A model generated the notes under the pieces. That model was not told where the DNA came from and did no database searches. It saw nothing but the letters and a program-made list of their open reading frames with translations. Of a stretch of 64,000 nt of DNA, positions 1 through 10,077 are shown piece by piece (position 1 is the stretch's first letter; every line of letters starts with the position of its first letter). Origin of the DNA: Methanobacteriota archaeon (GTDB lineage: Archaea; Thermoplasmatota; Thermoplasmata; SG8-5; DAIRED01). The DNA is taken from positions 28,633 to 92,632 of the forward strand of contig JAZDNO010000031.1 in assembly GCA_043799545.1 (NCBI GenBank), read 5' to 3'. The position numbers and the translations under genes are program-made.

Positions 1-84
1 CGCGACGGCAACTGGATAATGTACAGCCTGACGAAGACCGGTAGGAAGTACGCGAGCGAGCTCCAGTCCGGGAAGGGTGACTGA
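1..84 (+). CDS. 3' fragment of a winged-helix (ArsR-like) regulator, truncated by the window edge
   Basis: Frame 1 reads RDGNWIMYSLTKTGRKYASELQSGKGD*, resembling an ArsR wing (R.G.W..YSLT). The stop abuts the GTG of the next ORF. Confidence 0.6.
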   Translation, partial: RDGNWIMYSLTKTGRKYASELQSGKGD

Positions 85-1083
85 GTGTCCAGGAAGGCGC
101 GGGCGAAGGGGGACGGTAAGAAGGAACTGCTCGCAAAGGGCTACGTCGAGTGCTTCTACTGCAACAAGCCGGTAAAGCCAAGTGCGCTCCGCTGTCCGAG
201 CTGCGGCAAGATATTCTCGTCCGGGAAGAAGCTGGCGGCGATAATCGTCGCGGCGCTCGTCATGGCGTCGGCGACGGCCTACGTCTATCTCGACGATGCC
301 GGGCACGAGCCGGGAACTCCTGACGTCGTCTTCCCCTCCGTTCAGTCGAACTCGCCCATCGGCAGCGCTGTGGCGACGAGCAGCGCCATCACGGTCACGT
401 TCACGAGGGACATGGTCGCGTCGGCCGTCCAGTCGGCGTTCTCCACGTCGCCCTCGACATCCGGCGCGTTTTCGTGGAGCGGGAGGACGATGACCTACGT
501 TCCGTACCAGGCGCTCGCCCAGGGGTCGACATACCGTGTGACCGTAGGCAGCGGCGCCAGGTGCGTGTGCGGGAACCCGCTCGACTGCGGCATTTACGCC
601 TGGTCCTTCACGACGGTCGGCGGAACGGCGACGGACGTCAGGCGCGATGTTGGCACGGGCGACGACGACTTCTGGACCGCATACCCATCGTCCCACCTGC
701 ACGCCGGAACGACCGTGAACCATCCGCAGTGGGTCAGGACGGCCGTGGCATCGAAGCCCATATTCATCCTCACGCACAGCGAGGGCTGCGCCCCCTGCAT
801 CACCATGACTGACATATACAACAATGTGAAAGCGAAGTACGGCTCGCAACTGGCATTCTACGACCTCATCTCCGGCACGAGCGAGCCGCAGGCCAACGAG
901 ACCTTCGCGGCCTACGACCCGAACGACTCGCAGCATTACGTGCCCCTACCAATCGTGTTGTCTAAGGGACCGGGCGGCGAGATTATTTGGCACAGTTGGG
1001 AGGGGGTCGTTTACCAGCCTGAACTGGAAGGATGGCTTAACGATGCGCTATCTTACCACGCAGAGTCCGGTCTGGTGGGTTGA
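85..1083 (+). CDS. Membrane-anchored thioredoxin-like protein: N-terminal double Zn ribbon, TM helix, Ig-like (Big_5-type) domain, C-terminal CxxC domain
   Basis: CFYC...CPSC, hydrophobic LAAIIVAALVMA, ITVTFTRDM...YRVTVG Ig pattern, HSEGCAPC motif. Confidence 0.65.
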   Translation: MSRKARAKGDGKKELLAKGYVECFYCNKPVKPSALRCPSCGKIFSSGKKLAAIIVAALVMASATAYVYLDDAGHEPGTPDVVFPSVQSNSPIGSAVATSSAITVTFTRDMVASAVQSAFSTSPSTSGAFSWSGRTMTYVPYQALAQGSTYRVTVGSGARCVCGNPLDCGIYAWSFTTVGGTATDVRRDVGTGDDDFWTAYPSSHLHAGTTVNHPQWVRTAVASKPIFILTHSEGCAPCITMTDIYNNVKAKYGSQLAFYDLISGTSEPQANETFAAYDPNDSQHYVPLPIVLSKGPGGEIIWHSWEGVVYQPELEGWLNDALSYHAESGLVG

Positions 1084-2456
1084 TGGTCGAGAAATCGAAA
1101 GTTGCGTCCCTTGTGGTCGTCGTCATCGTCGCCTTGGCAACAATCGCAGCTTCATTCGTCGCTTTCGACCGCTTCGGCAATAACGTTTCAGGACAGATAG
1201 AGCCCACTCGCGATTTCACGGCGATGGACCACCTCAACCGCACGTTCTCGCTGTCCGATTTCAGGGGGGACGTGACCATCCTCCACATCACCCAGATTGA
1301 GAACCCCGTCTGCATCGAGTGCGAGATGCACATACGGGACCAGATTCAGGAGCTGGCCGTCCTGTACGGCGAAGCGAATGTGAGCATAATAACCCTCAAC
1401 GTCAGGAAGAATGCATACTCCGACGACGGATGGGAACTGGTGCGCGACTGGTATGACATGAACATATCCTGGCACTGGGTCGAGGAGCGCGAACCGTACG
1501 CCATCGCCGGGCTCTACCAGAAATACTGGGACGTCGATGGGAACTTCGCCAACCCCACGCTGGTGATGGTAGACCGGGAACAGAAAGTCGTCGGCGTGTA
1601 CCACATATACACTATGAGCCGCGGAGAAGTGGACGGTGTCCAGACCGCCGACTCGCTGCGAGATGATGCAAAGGCCATAGCAAATGGGGAGTGGGTCGGG
1701 TTCCAAGGCGAACTCGACGAGGGCACGACTTACGTTGGAATCTTTCTCCTGGGCATGGTGTCGAGCTTCTCGCCATGCTCCCTGTTCATGCTCTTCGCCC
1801 TGGTCTCCTTCGTCATCTCGTCTGAAAAGGATGAAGATGCGGCAGCGAAGCGCACGCCAGACTGGAAGGCGGGAATATGGATAGGGGCGGCCTTCTCGGT
1901 CGGAATGTTGCTCACCTTTGCGTTGCTGGGCGCGCTGGCGTCCTACGTCGGGATATTCATAGAGTCTTCCGCGACGTTTTCGCTTCTCGTCGGGGCGGCG
2001 CTGATAGCCCTCGGAATTAACGTCGTATGGCCGGTTAGTGATGCGCTGAAGCGATTGCTCAGACCCAGCGGAGACGATATTTGCGGTTCCGACGATGGCA
2101 CGAAGAAGTTGCTGAATCGTATTGGAAAAGGAAGGAGCGGGCTGGCTGGATTGACGCTCGGGATACTTTTTACCATCGGCTGGACGCCCTGCGCCCTCGC
2201 GATGGTCCTACCCGTGCTCGTGCTGATAATGAGCGGTAAGGTCACGATTCTAACGGGGATTGCGATGATGTGCGTCTTTGCGCTGGGAAGAGCCATGGTC
2301 GTGACATCATTTTGCGCGGCCATAGGCGGGATGAAGAGCCGGATTTACACCAATTTCCTCGCTGCCGGCAAATGGATACAACCGGTCTTTGCAGCGACAA
2401 TGATTGCACTGGGTGCGATATACGTGCTAAGGTTCTGGGGTATCAACCTCTGGTGA
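1080..2456 (+). CDS. Redoxin domain fused to a CcdA/DsbD-type transmembrane domain
   Basis: FSLSDFRG...CIEC redoxin pattern; CcdA cysteines in SFSPCS and GWTPCA; multiple TM helices; overlaps the upstream stop. Confidence 0.75.
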   Translation: MMVEKSKVASLVVVVIVALATIAASFVAFDRFGNNVSGQIEPTRDFTAMDHLNRTFSLSDFRGDVTILHITQIENPVCIECEMHIRDQIQELAVLYGEANVSIITLNVRKNAYSDDGWELVRDWYDMNISWHWVEEREPYAIAGLYQKYWDVDGNFANPTLVMVDREQKVVGVYHIYTMSRGEVDGVQTADSLRDDAKAIANGEWVGFQGELDEGTTYVGIFLLGMVSSFSPCSLFMLFALVSFVISSEKDEDAAAKRTPDWKAGIWIGAAFSVGMLLTFALLGALASYVGIFIESSATFSLLVGAALIALGINVVWPVSDALKRLLRPSGDDICGSDDGTKKLLNRIGKGRSGLAGLTLGILFTIGWTPCALAMVLPVLVLIMSGKVTILTGIAMMCVFALGRAMVVTSFCAAIGGMKSRIYTNFLAAGKWIQPVFAATMIALGAIYVLRFWGINLW

Positions 2457-2523
2457 CGGCACTGCCAGGCCGTAAGGGCGCGTCTTCACATGCGCCTGCT
2501 GGTAGCGGTGCGCCTGGCTGGGG

Positions 2524-3735
2524 TCAATGCCCGGTATGCTCGACACCGGCCCGTATCGCCCACGCCACCATCGCAGCCTTTCTGCATTCCGCCACGTCGT
2601 GGACGCGGACAATGTCCGCGCCGTTCAAAACGGCGGCCGAGACCGCCGCCAGCGTTCCCTCCAGCCTATCGCCGGCGGGGAGGTCTAGTATCTTGCCAAT
2701 GAACGCCTTCCGCGACGGCCCCACGAGGATTGGCAATCCTAGGGAGCGCAGCTCAGCCAACCGCCTCAAAATCTCCAGGTTGTGCTCCGCAGCCTTGCCG
2801 AAGCCGATGCCAGGGTCGACGATGATTCTGTCGCGGGAAATCCCCTTCGACTCGGCGTGGCGAACTCGGGCTTCCAGGTATCTGGCCACGTCTTCCACAA
2901 CGTCTCCGTAGGAGGGGCTGTCCTGCATCGTGCGCGGGTTGCCGAGCATGTGCATCAGGACGACTGGGCATTTCCGCTCGGCGACTAGCCTGGCCATGGA
3001 TGGCTCGCCTAAAGCGCTCACGTCGTTGACGATGGACGCGCCGGCATCCAGCGCGGCCTCGGCCACCTTGGCGTGGCGCGTGTCGATTGATATCGGAATT
3101 TTCACGGCCTTAGCCAGGCTCTCGATCACGGGAATGACGCGTTTCAGCTCGGTTTCCACTGATACAGGCTTCGCCCCTGGCCTGGTGGATTCGCCTCCGA
3201 CGTCGAGGATGTCGGCGCCTTCCCGAGCCATCCCCTTCCCCTCGGAAATTGCGTTGGCCAGCTTGAAGTTCTTGCCTCCGTCGGAGAACGAGTCCGGAGT
3301 GACGTTGATGATGCCCATGATTAGAGGTTGGCGCCCGAAGTCGAGCCTACCCTTGCGCAGCTTCATCACACCAAGGGAGGAATTGGTGAAATTCCCCAAA
3401 GTAGCTTCCATCCCGTCGGCGACGATGGCCAGCTTGAACGGCTGCTGCCTCAGCTTGTGGCAGAGGCGCCTGAGCTGCGACTCGGTACCGAAGACCGCCA
3501 CCTTCTCGTCGTGCTGCGAGCCGGCGATTGCGCCCCATGGCACCGCCGCTTCAGCGCCGCAGGCCAGCGCCTCCTGCTTGAGGATGTTCGCCCTCCGGGC
3601 GTCCAGGCCTTCGATTATCAAGACGCGGAAGACAGCCTTCGGCGCCATGATTTCGCAACCCTTGGGGTCGACGCCGAGGCGGAGCATCAGCTCGGAGGCT
3701 TCGCGCTGGTCCCGGACTATCCGGACGTGGGCCAT
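2524..3735 (-). CDS. folP: Dihydropteroate synthase with N-terminal extension
   Basis: MGIINVTPDSFSDGG, DVGGESTRPG, DPGIGFGK, SRK and IVRVHDV motifs; start moved to ATG 3735. Confidence 0.92.
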   Translation of the reverse strand: MAHVRIVRDQREASELMLRLGVDPKGCEIMAPKAVFRVLIIEGLDARRANILKQEALACGAEAAVPWGAIAGSQHDEKVAVFGTESQLRRLCHKLRQQPFKLAIVADGMEATLGNFTNSSLGVMKLRKGRLDFGRQPLIMGIINVTPDSFSDGGKNFKLANAISEGKGMAREGADILDVGGESTRPGAKPVSVETELKRVIPVIESLAKAVKIPISIDTRHAKVAEAALDAGASIVNDVSALGEPSMARLVAERKCPVVLMHMLGNPRTMQDSPSYGDVVEDVARYLEARVRHAESKGISRDRIIVDPGIGFGKAAEHNLEILRRLAELRSLGLPILVGPSRKAFIGKILDLPAGDRLEGTLAAVSAAVLNGADIVRVHDVAECRKAAMVAWAIRAGVEHTGH

Positions 3736-3852
3736 CGCAAGGCCTAACCCCTTCGGAATATAAATGCGGTTCGGCGCCCGATAAATCCATATTCGCGCGC
3801 TCCTTACGCGCCCATCGTGCCTCGAAAAAAACAGCCTATTAAACGAATATGT

Positions 3853-5313
3853 ATGAAAGAGCGGCTTCGTCAATCGGAAGAGCTGCACCGCATCATCCTG
3901 ACCAATATCTCGGATTCAGTCTTTCTCACGAACGACAGAGGGGATTTCACATTCATCTGCCCCAATGTGGATAACATCTTCGGCTACAGCTTCGAGGAGA
4001 TATACGCGATGAATAACATCGATGCGCTCATGGGGGCTGACGTTTTCGACCAGGCAAGTCTGGAGCGCGCGAACGAGCTGCGAAATATCGAGCGGATCGT
4101 TATTGATAAGCATCGCAAACCGCATACGGTACTGGTGAACGTGAAGAAGGTGGAAATCATGTACGGCACGAGGCTCTTCACATGTAGGGACATAACGGAG
4201 TACAAGCGCGTGGAGGGGGAGATGACCCGCTACTTGAGAGATAAAAAGGCGGTGGAGAAGGATCTCACGCTTTTCTTCAATCTCTCCGCAGACCTTTTCT
4301 GCATCCTGGACGCGGGAAAGTTTAAAAAACTTAACCCCGCCTGGCACGCGGGTCTCGGATACCCCGTGAACGATTTGATTGGGACATGTGCGATAGAGCT
4401 GGCTCACCCCGACGACAGGCTCGTTACAGAGGCGGCAAGGGGGAGCCTCAAGGCTGGCCATGTCATCAGGTACGAGAACCGTTACCGCCACCGGGATGGG
4501 AGTTACCGCTGGATATCGTGGAACGGAACGATGTCCGACGACGGTTTGATACATGCGGTCGGGAGGGACATCACCTCCCAGCGTCGTGAGGAGGACGAGA
4601 TGAGGCGCCGATTGCTGACGTTCAGGGTCGAGACAGGGCGGACTTACCTCGTCCCCGAAGCGTCGCCGATGAAGCTGGCAGGCGCGTTCTCGGAATTGTT
4701 GGCGATTAACCATGCTGGTTTGGTCATCTCCAGGAGGCGCAGAGAAGACGCGATTCCGTCCGCCACAATGTCCTTCTCGCACCTGTGGATGTCCGAGAGG
4801 GGGGGCGATGGGGTCGTGCACCCGGAAACGGAGGCTATTCTTGCTATTATGGAGGGGATACCAGACGAGAGTGTCATCGTACTGGACAGCCTGGAATACT
4901 TAGTCGCGAAGTTGGGGTTCTCCGCCGTCCTGTCGCTGGTCAACCGAATCGTCGAGGCCGCCTTCTTCCGCAATCTGATTGTCCTTTTAGGAATCGACCC
5001 GGTCTGCGTGAGTCCGGACGAACTGGTGAAGCTCGCGAAAGATACCCTCGCGCTGGAACCATACCCGAGAGCCGACCTCTCTGTGGATTCCATGGAACTG
5101 CTTCAGAATGCCTACATGATGAACATCCGCGGGAAACGACCCACTCGCACCGAGTTGTGCCAGGCACTTTCAATAAGCCAGCCCACATTGCGCCACCGAG
5201 TCAGGGAGCTTGTAAGGTCGGGGCTGCTCTGGGAGGCGGGGATGGGCCGATCGGTCGTCATAGAGATCACGGAGGCGGGCAGGCAGGTCCTGGAGAAAAA
5301 GCGCCTAGGCTAA
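3853..5313 (+). CDS. PAS-PAS-DUF835-winged HTH signal transduction protein
   Basis: Two PAS/PAC units (CRDITE, HPDD...RHRDG...GRDIT); DUF835-like GLVISR/LWMS/IVLDSLEYL; C-terminal HTH with EITEAGR wing; start moved to ATG 3853. Confidence 0.75.
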   Translation: MKERLRQSEELHRIILTNISDSVFLTNDRGDFTFICPNVDNIFGYSFEEIYAMNNIDALMGADVFDQASLERANELRNIERIVIDKHRKPHTVLVNVKKVEIMYGTRLFTCRDITEYKRVEGEMTRYLRDKKAVEKDLTLFFNLSADLFCILDAGKFKKLNPAWHAGLGYPVNDLIGTCAIELAHPDDRLVTEAARGSLKAGHVIRYENRYRHRDGSYRWISWNGTMSDDGLIHAVGRDITSQRREEDEMRRRLLTFRVETGRTYLVPEASPMKLAGAFSELLAINHAGLVISRRRREDAIPSATMSFSHLWMSERGGDGVVHPETEAILAIMEGIPDESVIVLDSLEYLVAKLGFSAVLSLVNRIVEAAFFRNLIVLLGIDPVCVSPDELVKLAKDTLALEPYPRADLSVDSMELLQNAYMMNIRGKRPTRTELCQALSISQPTLRHRVRELVRSGLLWEAGMGRSVVIEITEAGRQVLEKKRLG

Positions 5314-5393
5314 TCATTTTTCATCGTTTTTCAATGTTTTTTTCAATATTCCTATAATGGTCGTGGGGATACCAGCGCTTTGCAGGTGTATCA

Positions 5394-6623
5394 ATGGCTG
5401 TCGATACAGGAAATGTCGCCTTCATGCTCATCGCAACGAGCTTGGTGATGCTGATGACCCCGGGGCTCGCCTTTTTCTACGGTGGGTTGGTGGGCAGGAA
5501 AAACGTACTGACTATAATGCTGCAGAGTTTCGTTTCCATGGCGATAACGGATGTGTTGTGGTTCACGGTGGGATTCTCGATGTGCTTTAGCGGCAACGGG
5601 CCGATAATCGGAGATATGCACCACGCGTTCCTAATGAATATGGACATGAACACGCCGTTCGCGGGCAATCCAACGATACCTCTGTATGTGTTCTGCGTCT
5701 ACCAAATGATGTTTGCTGTAATTACTCCTGCTCTCATCACCGGAGCCTTCACGAATCGCGTGAGCTTCAAGTCGTATCTTATCTTCCTCTGTGCCTGGCA
5801 GTTCCTCGTCTACTACCCGTTCGTCCACATGGTATGGGGGGGCGGGATACTCGCCGACTGGGGCGTGAAGGACTTCGCTGGCGGCATCGTCGTGCATGCG
5901 ACGGCTGGGATGGCCGCGCTGGCAGCGGTCTTCTACGTCGGCGCCCGCCGCATCAAGGAGAGCGGTGCGCACAGCATTCCGCTCGTAGCTCTCGGCACGG
6001 GTCTGCTCTGGTTCGGCTGGTACGGTTTCAACGCTGGTAGCGAGCTGGCGGTTAACGAGGTCACAGTGCTGGCGTTCTTGAATACGGACCTTGCAGCCTC
6101 GGTCGCTGCGGCGACGTGGCTGATATTGGCTTGGAAATTCGAGAAGAAACCGAAGTTCCTCGGACTGCTCACGGGCGCGATAGCGGGACTCGCCACGATA
6201 ACCCCCGCGGCAGGATACGTCACGCCAGGGGCTGCCATAGCCATCGGATTTATCGCCGGAGCGGTCTGCTACTCGGCCATTTGGTACAAGAACAAGAGGA
6301 AGTGGGATGATTCGCTCGATGTATGGGGCGTTCACGGGATCGGTGGGATAACCGGAACGATACTCTTGGGTATCTTTGGCTACTACGGAGTGACTGGGCT
6401 TGCCTATGGTGGTTTCGAATTCTTCGGGAAGGAAGTCCTAGCGGTGTTGTTTGCTGCTGGATATGCCTTTGGCTTCACATACGGCATGCTGTGGGTGATA
6501 AACAAAATAACGCCAGTTCATGTCACAGAAAACGAAGAGGTTCTGGGTTTAGATACAGCACTCCACGGAGAAGAAGCTTACATAGATGAAAAGCCGGGCG
6601 ATGCCGACACCAGGAAATTTTAA
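5394..6623 (+). CDS. amt: Ammonium transporter (Amt family)
   Basis: MTPGLAFFYGG, DFAGGIVVH, WFGWYGFNAGS and VWGVHG motifs, including both conserved histidines. Confidence 0.95.
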   Translation: MAVDTGNVAFMLIATSLVMLMTPGLAFFYGGLVGRKNVLTIMLQSFVSMAITDVLWFTVGFSMCFSGNGPIIGDMHHAFLMNMDMNTPFAGNPTIPLYVFCVYQMMFAVITPALITGAFTNRVSFKSYLIFLCAWQFLVYYPFVHMVWGGGILADWGVKDFAGGIVVHATAGMAALAAVFYVGARRIKESGAHSIPLVALGTGLLWFGWYGFNAGSELAVNEVTVLAFLNTDLAASVAAATWLILAWKFEKKPKFLGLLTGAIAGLATITPAAGYVTPGAAIAIGFIAGAVCYSAIWYKNKRKWDDSLDVWGVHGIGGITGTILLGIFGYYGVTGLAYGGFEFFGKEVLAVLFAAGYAFGFTYGMLWVINKITPVHVTENEEVLGLDTALHGEEAYIDEKPGDADTRKF

Positions 6624-6721
6624 CTACCCAGCTAAAGCCAGGCACTCCTATGAAATCCGCAGGTAGAGCGGAGACCCGCCCCGCGCAAATTACTTAAACC
6701 TCCGGCTGGATACGTTCACGA

Positions 6722-7363
6722 ATGAAGATGCACAGCATCCCCGGCTTGGGAATGGACTCCAACGTCTTCGTCGTGGAGAACGGAGGAGAGACCGTCGTTA
6801 TAGACGCGGGCATGGACGCGCGGGCCGAGTACGTGCTGGATTCGTTGGGCAAGATACTGCGCGGCGCCAAACCTTCCGCGCTCGTCCTCACCCACATGCA
6901 CATAGACCACGTCGGGGGCGCGGCCGCAATCGTGCGCAAATACGGGTGCGAGGCCGTGATGCACGAAAAGGACGCGGATGCGATAATCAAGGGCGACCAG
7001 ATGTCCACAGGCGCGGCGATGTTCGGTGGCGTGGCGGAGCCGATGAGGGTCAGGAAGCTAGCCGAAGGTGAAATGGTTGCGGGAATGATGGTCATCCACA
7101 CTCCCGGTCATACCATCGGCTCGATGTGCCTGTACGATAAAAAATCGAAGGCGCTCATATCCGGCGACACTGTCTTCCGGGACGGTGTGGGGCGGTGGGA
7201 TCTGCCCACCGGGGACGTGAAGGCGCTGCACGAATCGGTGGCCATGCTGGCGGCCATGGAAGTGGACGGTATTTACCCCGGCCACGGTGAGGTTGCGGAA
7301 ACGGGAGGCTCGCGCCTCATAGCCAACAACCTACGGTATCTGGAATCTTTCGGGGGCTTCTGA
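6722..7363 (+). CDS. MBL-fold metallo-hydrolase
   Basis: THMHIDHVGG, HTPGHT, SGD and PGHG motifs. Confidence 0.9.
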   Translation: MKMHSIPGLGMDSNVFVVENGGETVVIDAGMDARAEYVLDSLGKILRGAKPSALVLTHMHIDHVGGAAAIVRKYGCEAVMHEKDADAIIKGDQMSTGAAMFGGVAEPMRVRKLAEGEMVAGMMVIHTPGHTIGSMCLYDKKSKALISGDTVFRDGVGRWDLPTGDVKALHESVAMLAAMEVDGIYPGHGEVAETGGSRLIANNLRYLESFGGF

Positions 7364-7983
7364 TGGTTGGACCGAAGGAGTACTGCCGCAGCCAGATATA
7401 CGACGACACGTTGCGCGACATGGCCGCTCAGGGGCTCGCGAGGGGCGAGGTCGCGATATATCCGACCGACACGCTGTATGCCCTGGGGGCGAGCGCCCAC
7501 TCCGAGCACGGCGTTCAGCGGGTCGCGGAGCTGAAGGGTCGCCCTTTGGGAATGCCGATGTCGTTCGCGTTTCCAGACATCGAGAGCATTCTGATTTGGA
7601 CGGAGCCGAGCCAGCTTGCGAAGGCCGTCATGGAGCAGAACCTTCCAGGGCCACTCACGATTGTTCTGCCGGCGAATGAGGAGGCGCCAAAATACATCGT
7701 GAACGCGGACGGAACTCTCGGCGTGCGAATCCCCGACGACGAGGTCATCAGGATGCTTTTGGCAGACGCGGGCCCGCTCTCCGCCACCAGCGCGAATCTC
7801 CACGGCGGCAAGGACCCCAATAGCATGCGGGACGTTCCGAAGGAGCTTCTGGACAAGGTCGACCGCGTCATAGATTTCGGGCCTTGCAAGCACCGGGGCT
7901 GCTCCACCGTAATCAAGATAATCGGCGACGACATAACCCTCCTGCGAGAGGGGGTGATTCCGTTACGGGAGCTCAAAAGATGA
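7363..7983 (+). CDS. tsaC: Threonylcarbamoyl-AMP synthase, single YrdC/TsaC domain
   Basis: YPTDTLYAL, LKGRP, PGPLT, GVRIP, ATSANLHG. Confidence 0.88.
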   Translation: MVGPKEYCRSQIYDDTLRDMAAQGLARGEVAIYPTDTLYALGASAHSEHGVQRVAELKGRPLGMPMSFAFPDIESILIWTEPSQLAKAVMEQNLPGPLTIVLPANEEAPKYIVNADGTLGVRIPDDEVIRMLLADAGPLSATSANLHGGKDPNSMRDVPKELLDKVDRVIDFGPCKHRGCSTVIKIIGDDITLLREGVIPLRELKR

Positions 7984-8870
7984 ATCAGGAGGATGTGCTG
8001 GACGCGCACAGGAAGGCCGGCGCAATCGCCCGCAAGGCCAGGGAGATGGGGCTCTCGATGGTCAAGCCGGGGGTGCGCTACCTGGACCTGGCGGAGACTG
8101 TGGAAAAGCTCATCCTCGACAGCGGGGCCAGGCTCGCCTTCCCGGTGAACATCGCGGTCGACGACGTCGCCGCGCATTACACCCCCGTCCCGAACGACAA
8201 GCTCGCATTTTCCCAGGGCCAGATAGTGAAGCTCGACGTCGGCACCCACATCGACGGGTGCATCGCCGATACGGCTGCGACTGTGGAGACGGGCACGAAC
8301 CGCTGGAGCGCCCTCATCGAGGCGTCGCGCGCAGCCCTCGACGCTGCCCTGGACGTGCTGGCTCCGGGCGTCGAGCTGAGGAAAGTCGGAGGAGCCGTTG
8401 AGCGCACCATAGAGGCCAGGGGTTTTCGTCCGATATCGAACCTATGCGGGCACAGCGTAGCGGCCTACGACCTGCACGCAGGGCACAGCATCCCCAACGT
8501 GATGGACGACAACTACGACACCCTGTCGCCTGGAACGGTAGTCGCCGTCGAGCCGTTCGCCACCAATGGCGCGGGCCACGTCTCGGGGAAGAAGAACAGC
8601 AATATATATCGTTTGCTCAGGAAGCCGGGGGCTGGCGACATCGAGAGCTATCCCATCCTGGCCGACATCTACGGAGAGTTCAGACAGCTGCCGTTCTCGG
8701 AGCGCTGGTGCGCGGCGCGGAACCCGAAGTCGTCCGCGCAGCTGGCGAAACTCACCCGAAAGGGCATCGTGGCCTTCTACCCGATGCTTATGGAGGCGCG
8801 GGGCGGCATGGTGAGCCAGGCAGAGCACACGGTCATCATAACGGAAGACGGGAACGAAGTGATAACTTAG
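7980..8870 (+). CDS. map: Methionine aminopeptidase type II
   Basis: AAHYTP, DVGTHIDG.IADTA, GH, AVEPFAT, QAEHT; start at ATG 7980 overlapping the tsaC stop. Confidence 0.93.
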   Translation: MNQEDVLDAHRKAGAIARKAREMGLSMVKPGVRYLDLAETVEKLILDSGARLAFPVNIAVDDVAAHYTPVPNDKLAFSQGQIVKLDVGTHIDGCIADTAATVETGTNRWSALIEASRAALDAALDVLAPGVELRKVGGAVERTIEARGFRPISNLCGHSVAAYDLHAGHSIPNVMDDNYDTLSPGTVVAVEPFATNGAGHVSGKKNSNIYRLLRKPGAGDIESYPILADIYGEFRQLPFSERWCAARNPKSSAQLAKLTRKGIVAFYPMLMEARGGMVSQAEHTVIITEDGNEVIT

Positions 8871-8871
8871 T

Positions 8872-10074
8872 TCAAATGGTGTACCCCAGCCGCATCCTCT
8901 TCCTCAGCCGCGCAGCCCTCTTCTTCACGTCCCGGCCTCTCGCCCCGTCCGCGATTATTCCTGCCAGCTCCCCCATTTCCTTCTCGGCGAGGCCCATCCG
9001 GGTCACTTCCTGGACGCCAATGCGCCCGACCGCGTCCGTCACGATGTCGCACCTCTCCAGGCGCTTCGCGGCCGTGTTGACGTCCGTTCCCGAGAACTTC
9101 GAATAGCGCTTCTGGTCGATGATGAGTTGGTGCGAGGCGGTGAAGCCCAGGTGACCGTAGCGCAGCGGGTAGCCGAGCGCGTCCAGCTCCCGCCCGAGCG
9201 CCTTGGAGTTTTTCACAACCTGCGCGGCATATCTGTGGCCGTGTTTATTCCATTCCAGGAGCGCCTGCCCCGTCGCGGCTATGCGGTTGAGATGGGTGTT
9301 GTCGAGAACGCGCCATGTGAGGTTTTTCGTCACGGCATTGGCAATCTCAGAATCGTTCGTCAGCACTACTCCTCCTTGCGGCCCCCAGAACGTCTTGTGC
9401 GTGTTGCCGACAACAATGTCCGCTCCCTCCTTCAAGGGGTCTTGGAACGACGGCAAAATCCCGAGCACGTGGGCGGCGTCGTAGCCTAGTCTGGCACCGA
9501 CGCTCTGGCAGGCTTCGGCAATCTCCTTCACCGGATGCGGGAAGGGAAGGTACGACGCCCCGAGGACGACGAGCGACGGCTTTAATTTGCAGACTAGCGC
9601 GGCAGCTTTCGCGCCGTCTACCGTGCCGTTCCGCGAGTCGTATGGCAGGTACTTGGCTTTTAAGCCGAGGATGTCGGGGATGTACGGCTGGCAGTAGCCG
9701 TCGTATCCTCCGTCTTTCGAGTCCATTGTGAGGAGCAAGTCGCCTTTTTTGCAGCATGAGGCAAGCATCAGAATCGAAGCGATATGCCCCGATAGCGGGT
9801 CGAGAAAGGCGTGCTTCGCGCCAAAAGCCTCTCGCGCCAGCTTCGTGGATTCGTCAACGACCTTCTCCGAAACCAGTGTTCCTCGGTAGGCGTTCTCGAC
9901 CATGACGCCGTGGACTTCCGTGTTCAAAGGCATCGAGTAGCGCGATGCCAGGTCTGAGGACAAGAGGCTCTTGACTGCCGGGCTGGCGATGTTCTCGGAA
10001 GGAATCAGGTTGATCGCTCTGCGGAGGCGCCAATCATCATGAGCCCTCACCAGCTTCTGGATTTTCGTAGACAT
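8872..10074 (-). CDS. glyA: Serine hydroxymethyltransferase (archaeal type)
   Basis: INLIPSEN, YDAAHVLG, THKTFWGPQGG (PLP lysine). Confidence 0.9.
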   Translation of the reverse strand: MSTKIQKLVRAHDDWRLRRAINLIPSENIASPAVKSLLSSDLASRYSMPLNTEVHGVMVENAYRGTLVSEKVVDESTKLAREAFGAKHAFLDPLSGHIASILMLASCCKKGDLLLTMDSKDGGYDGYCQPYIPDILGLKAKYLPYDSRNGTVDGAKAAALVCKLKPSLVVLGASYLPFPHPVKEIAEACQSVGARLGYDAAHVLGILPSFQDPLKEGADIVVGNTHKTFWGPQGGVVLTNDSEIANAVTKNLTWRVLDNTHLNRIAATGQALLEWNKHGHRYAAQVVKNSKALGRELDALGYPLRYGHLGFTASHQLIIDQKRYSKFSGTDVNTAAKRLERCDIVTDAVGRIGVQEVTRMGLAEKEMGELAGIIADGARGRDVKKRAARLRKRMRLGYTI

Positions 10075-10077
10075 GGC

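Noticed and set aside
5317-5345. Three TTTTTCA repeats upstream of amt as a nitrogen operator
   Set aside because: More simply the T-rich terminator of the upstream gene; no GGAA-N6-TTCC NrpR box seen.
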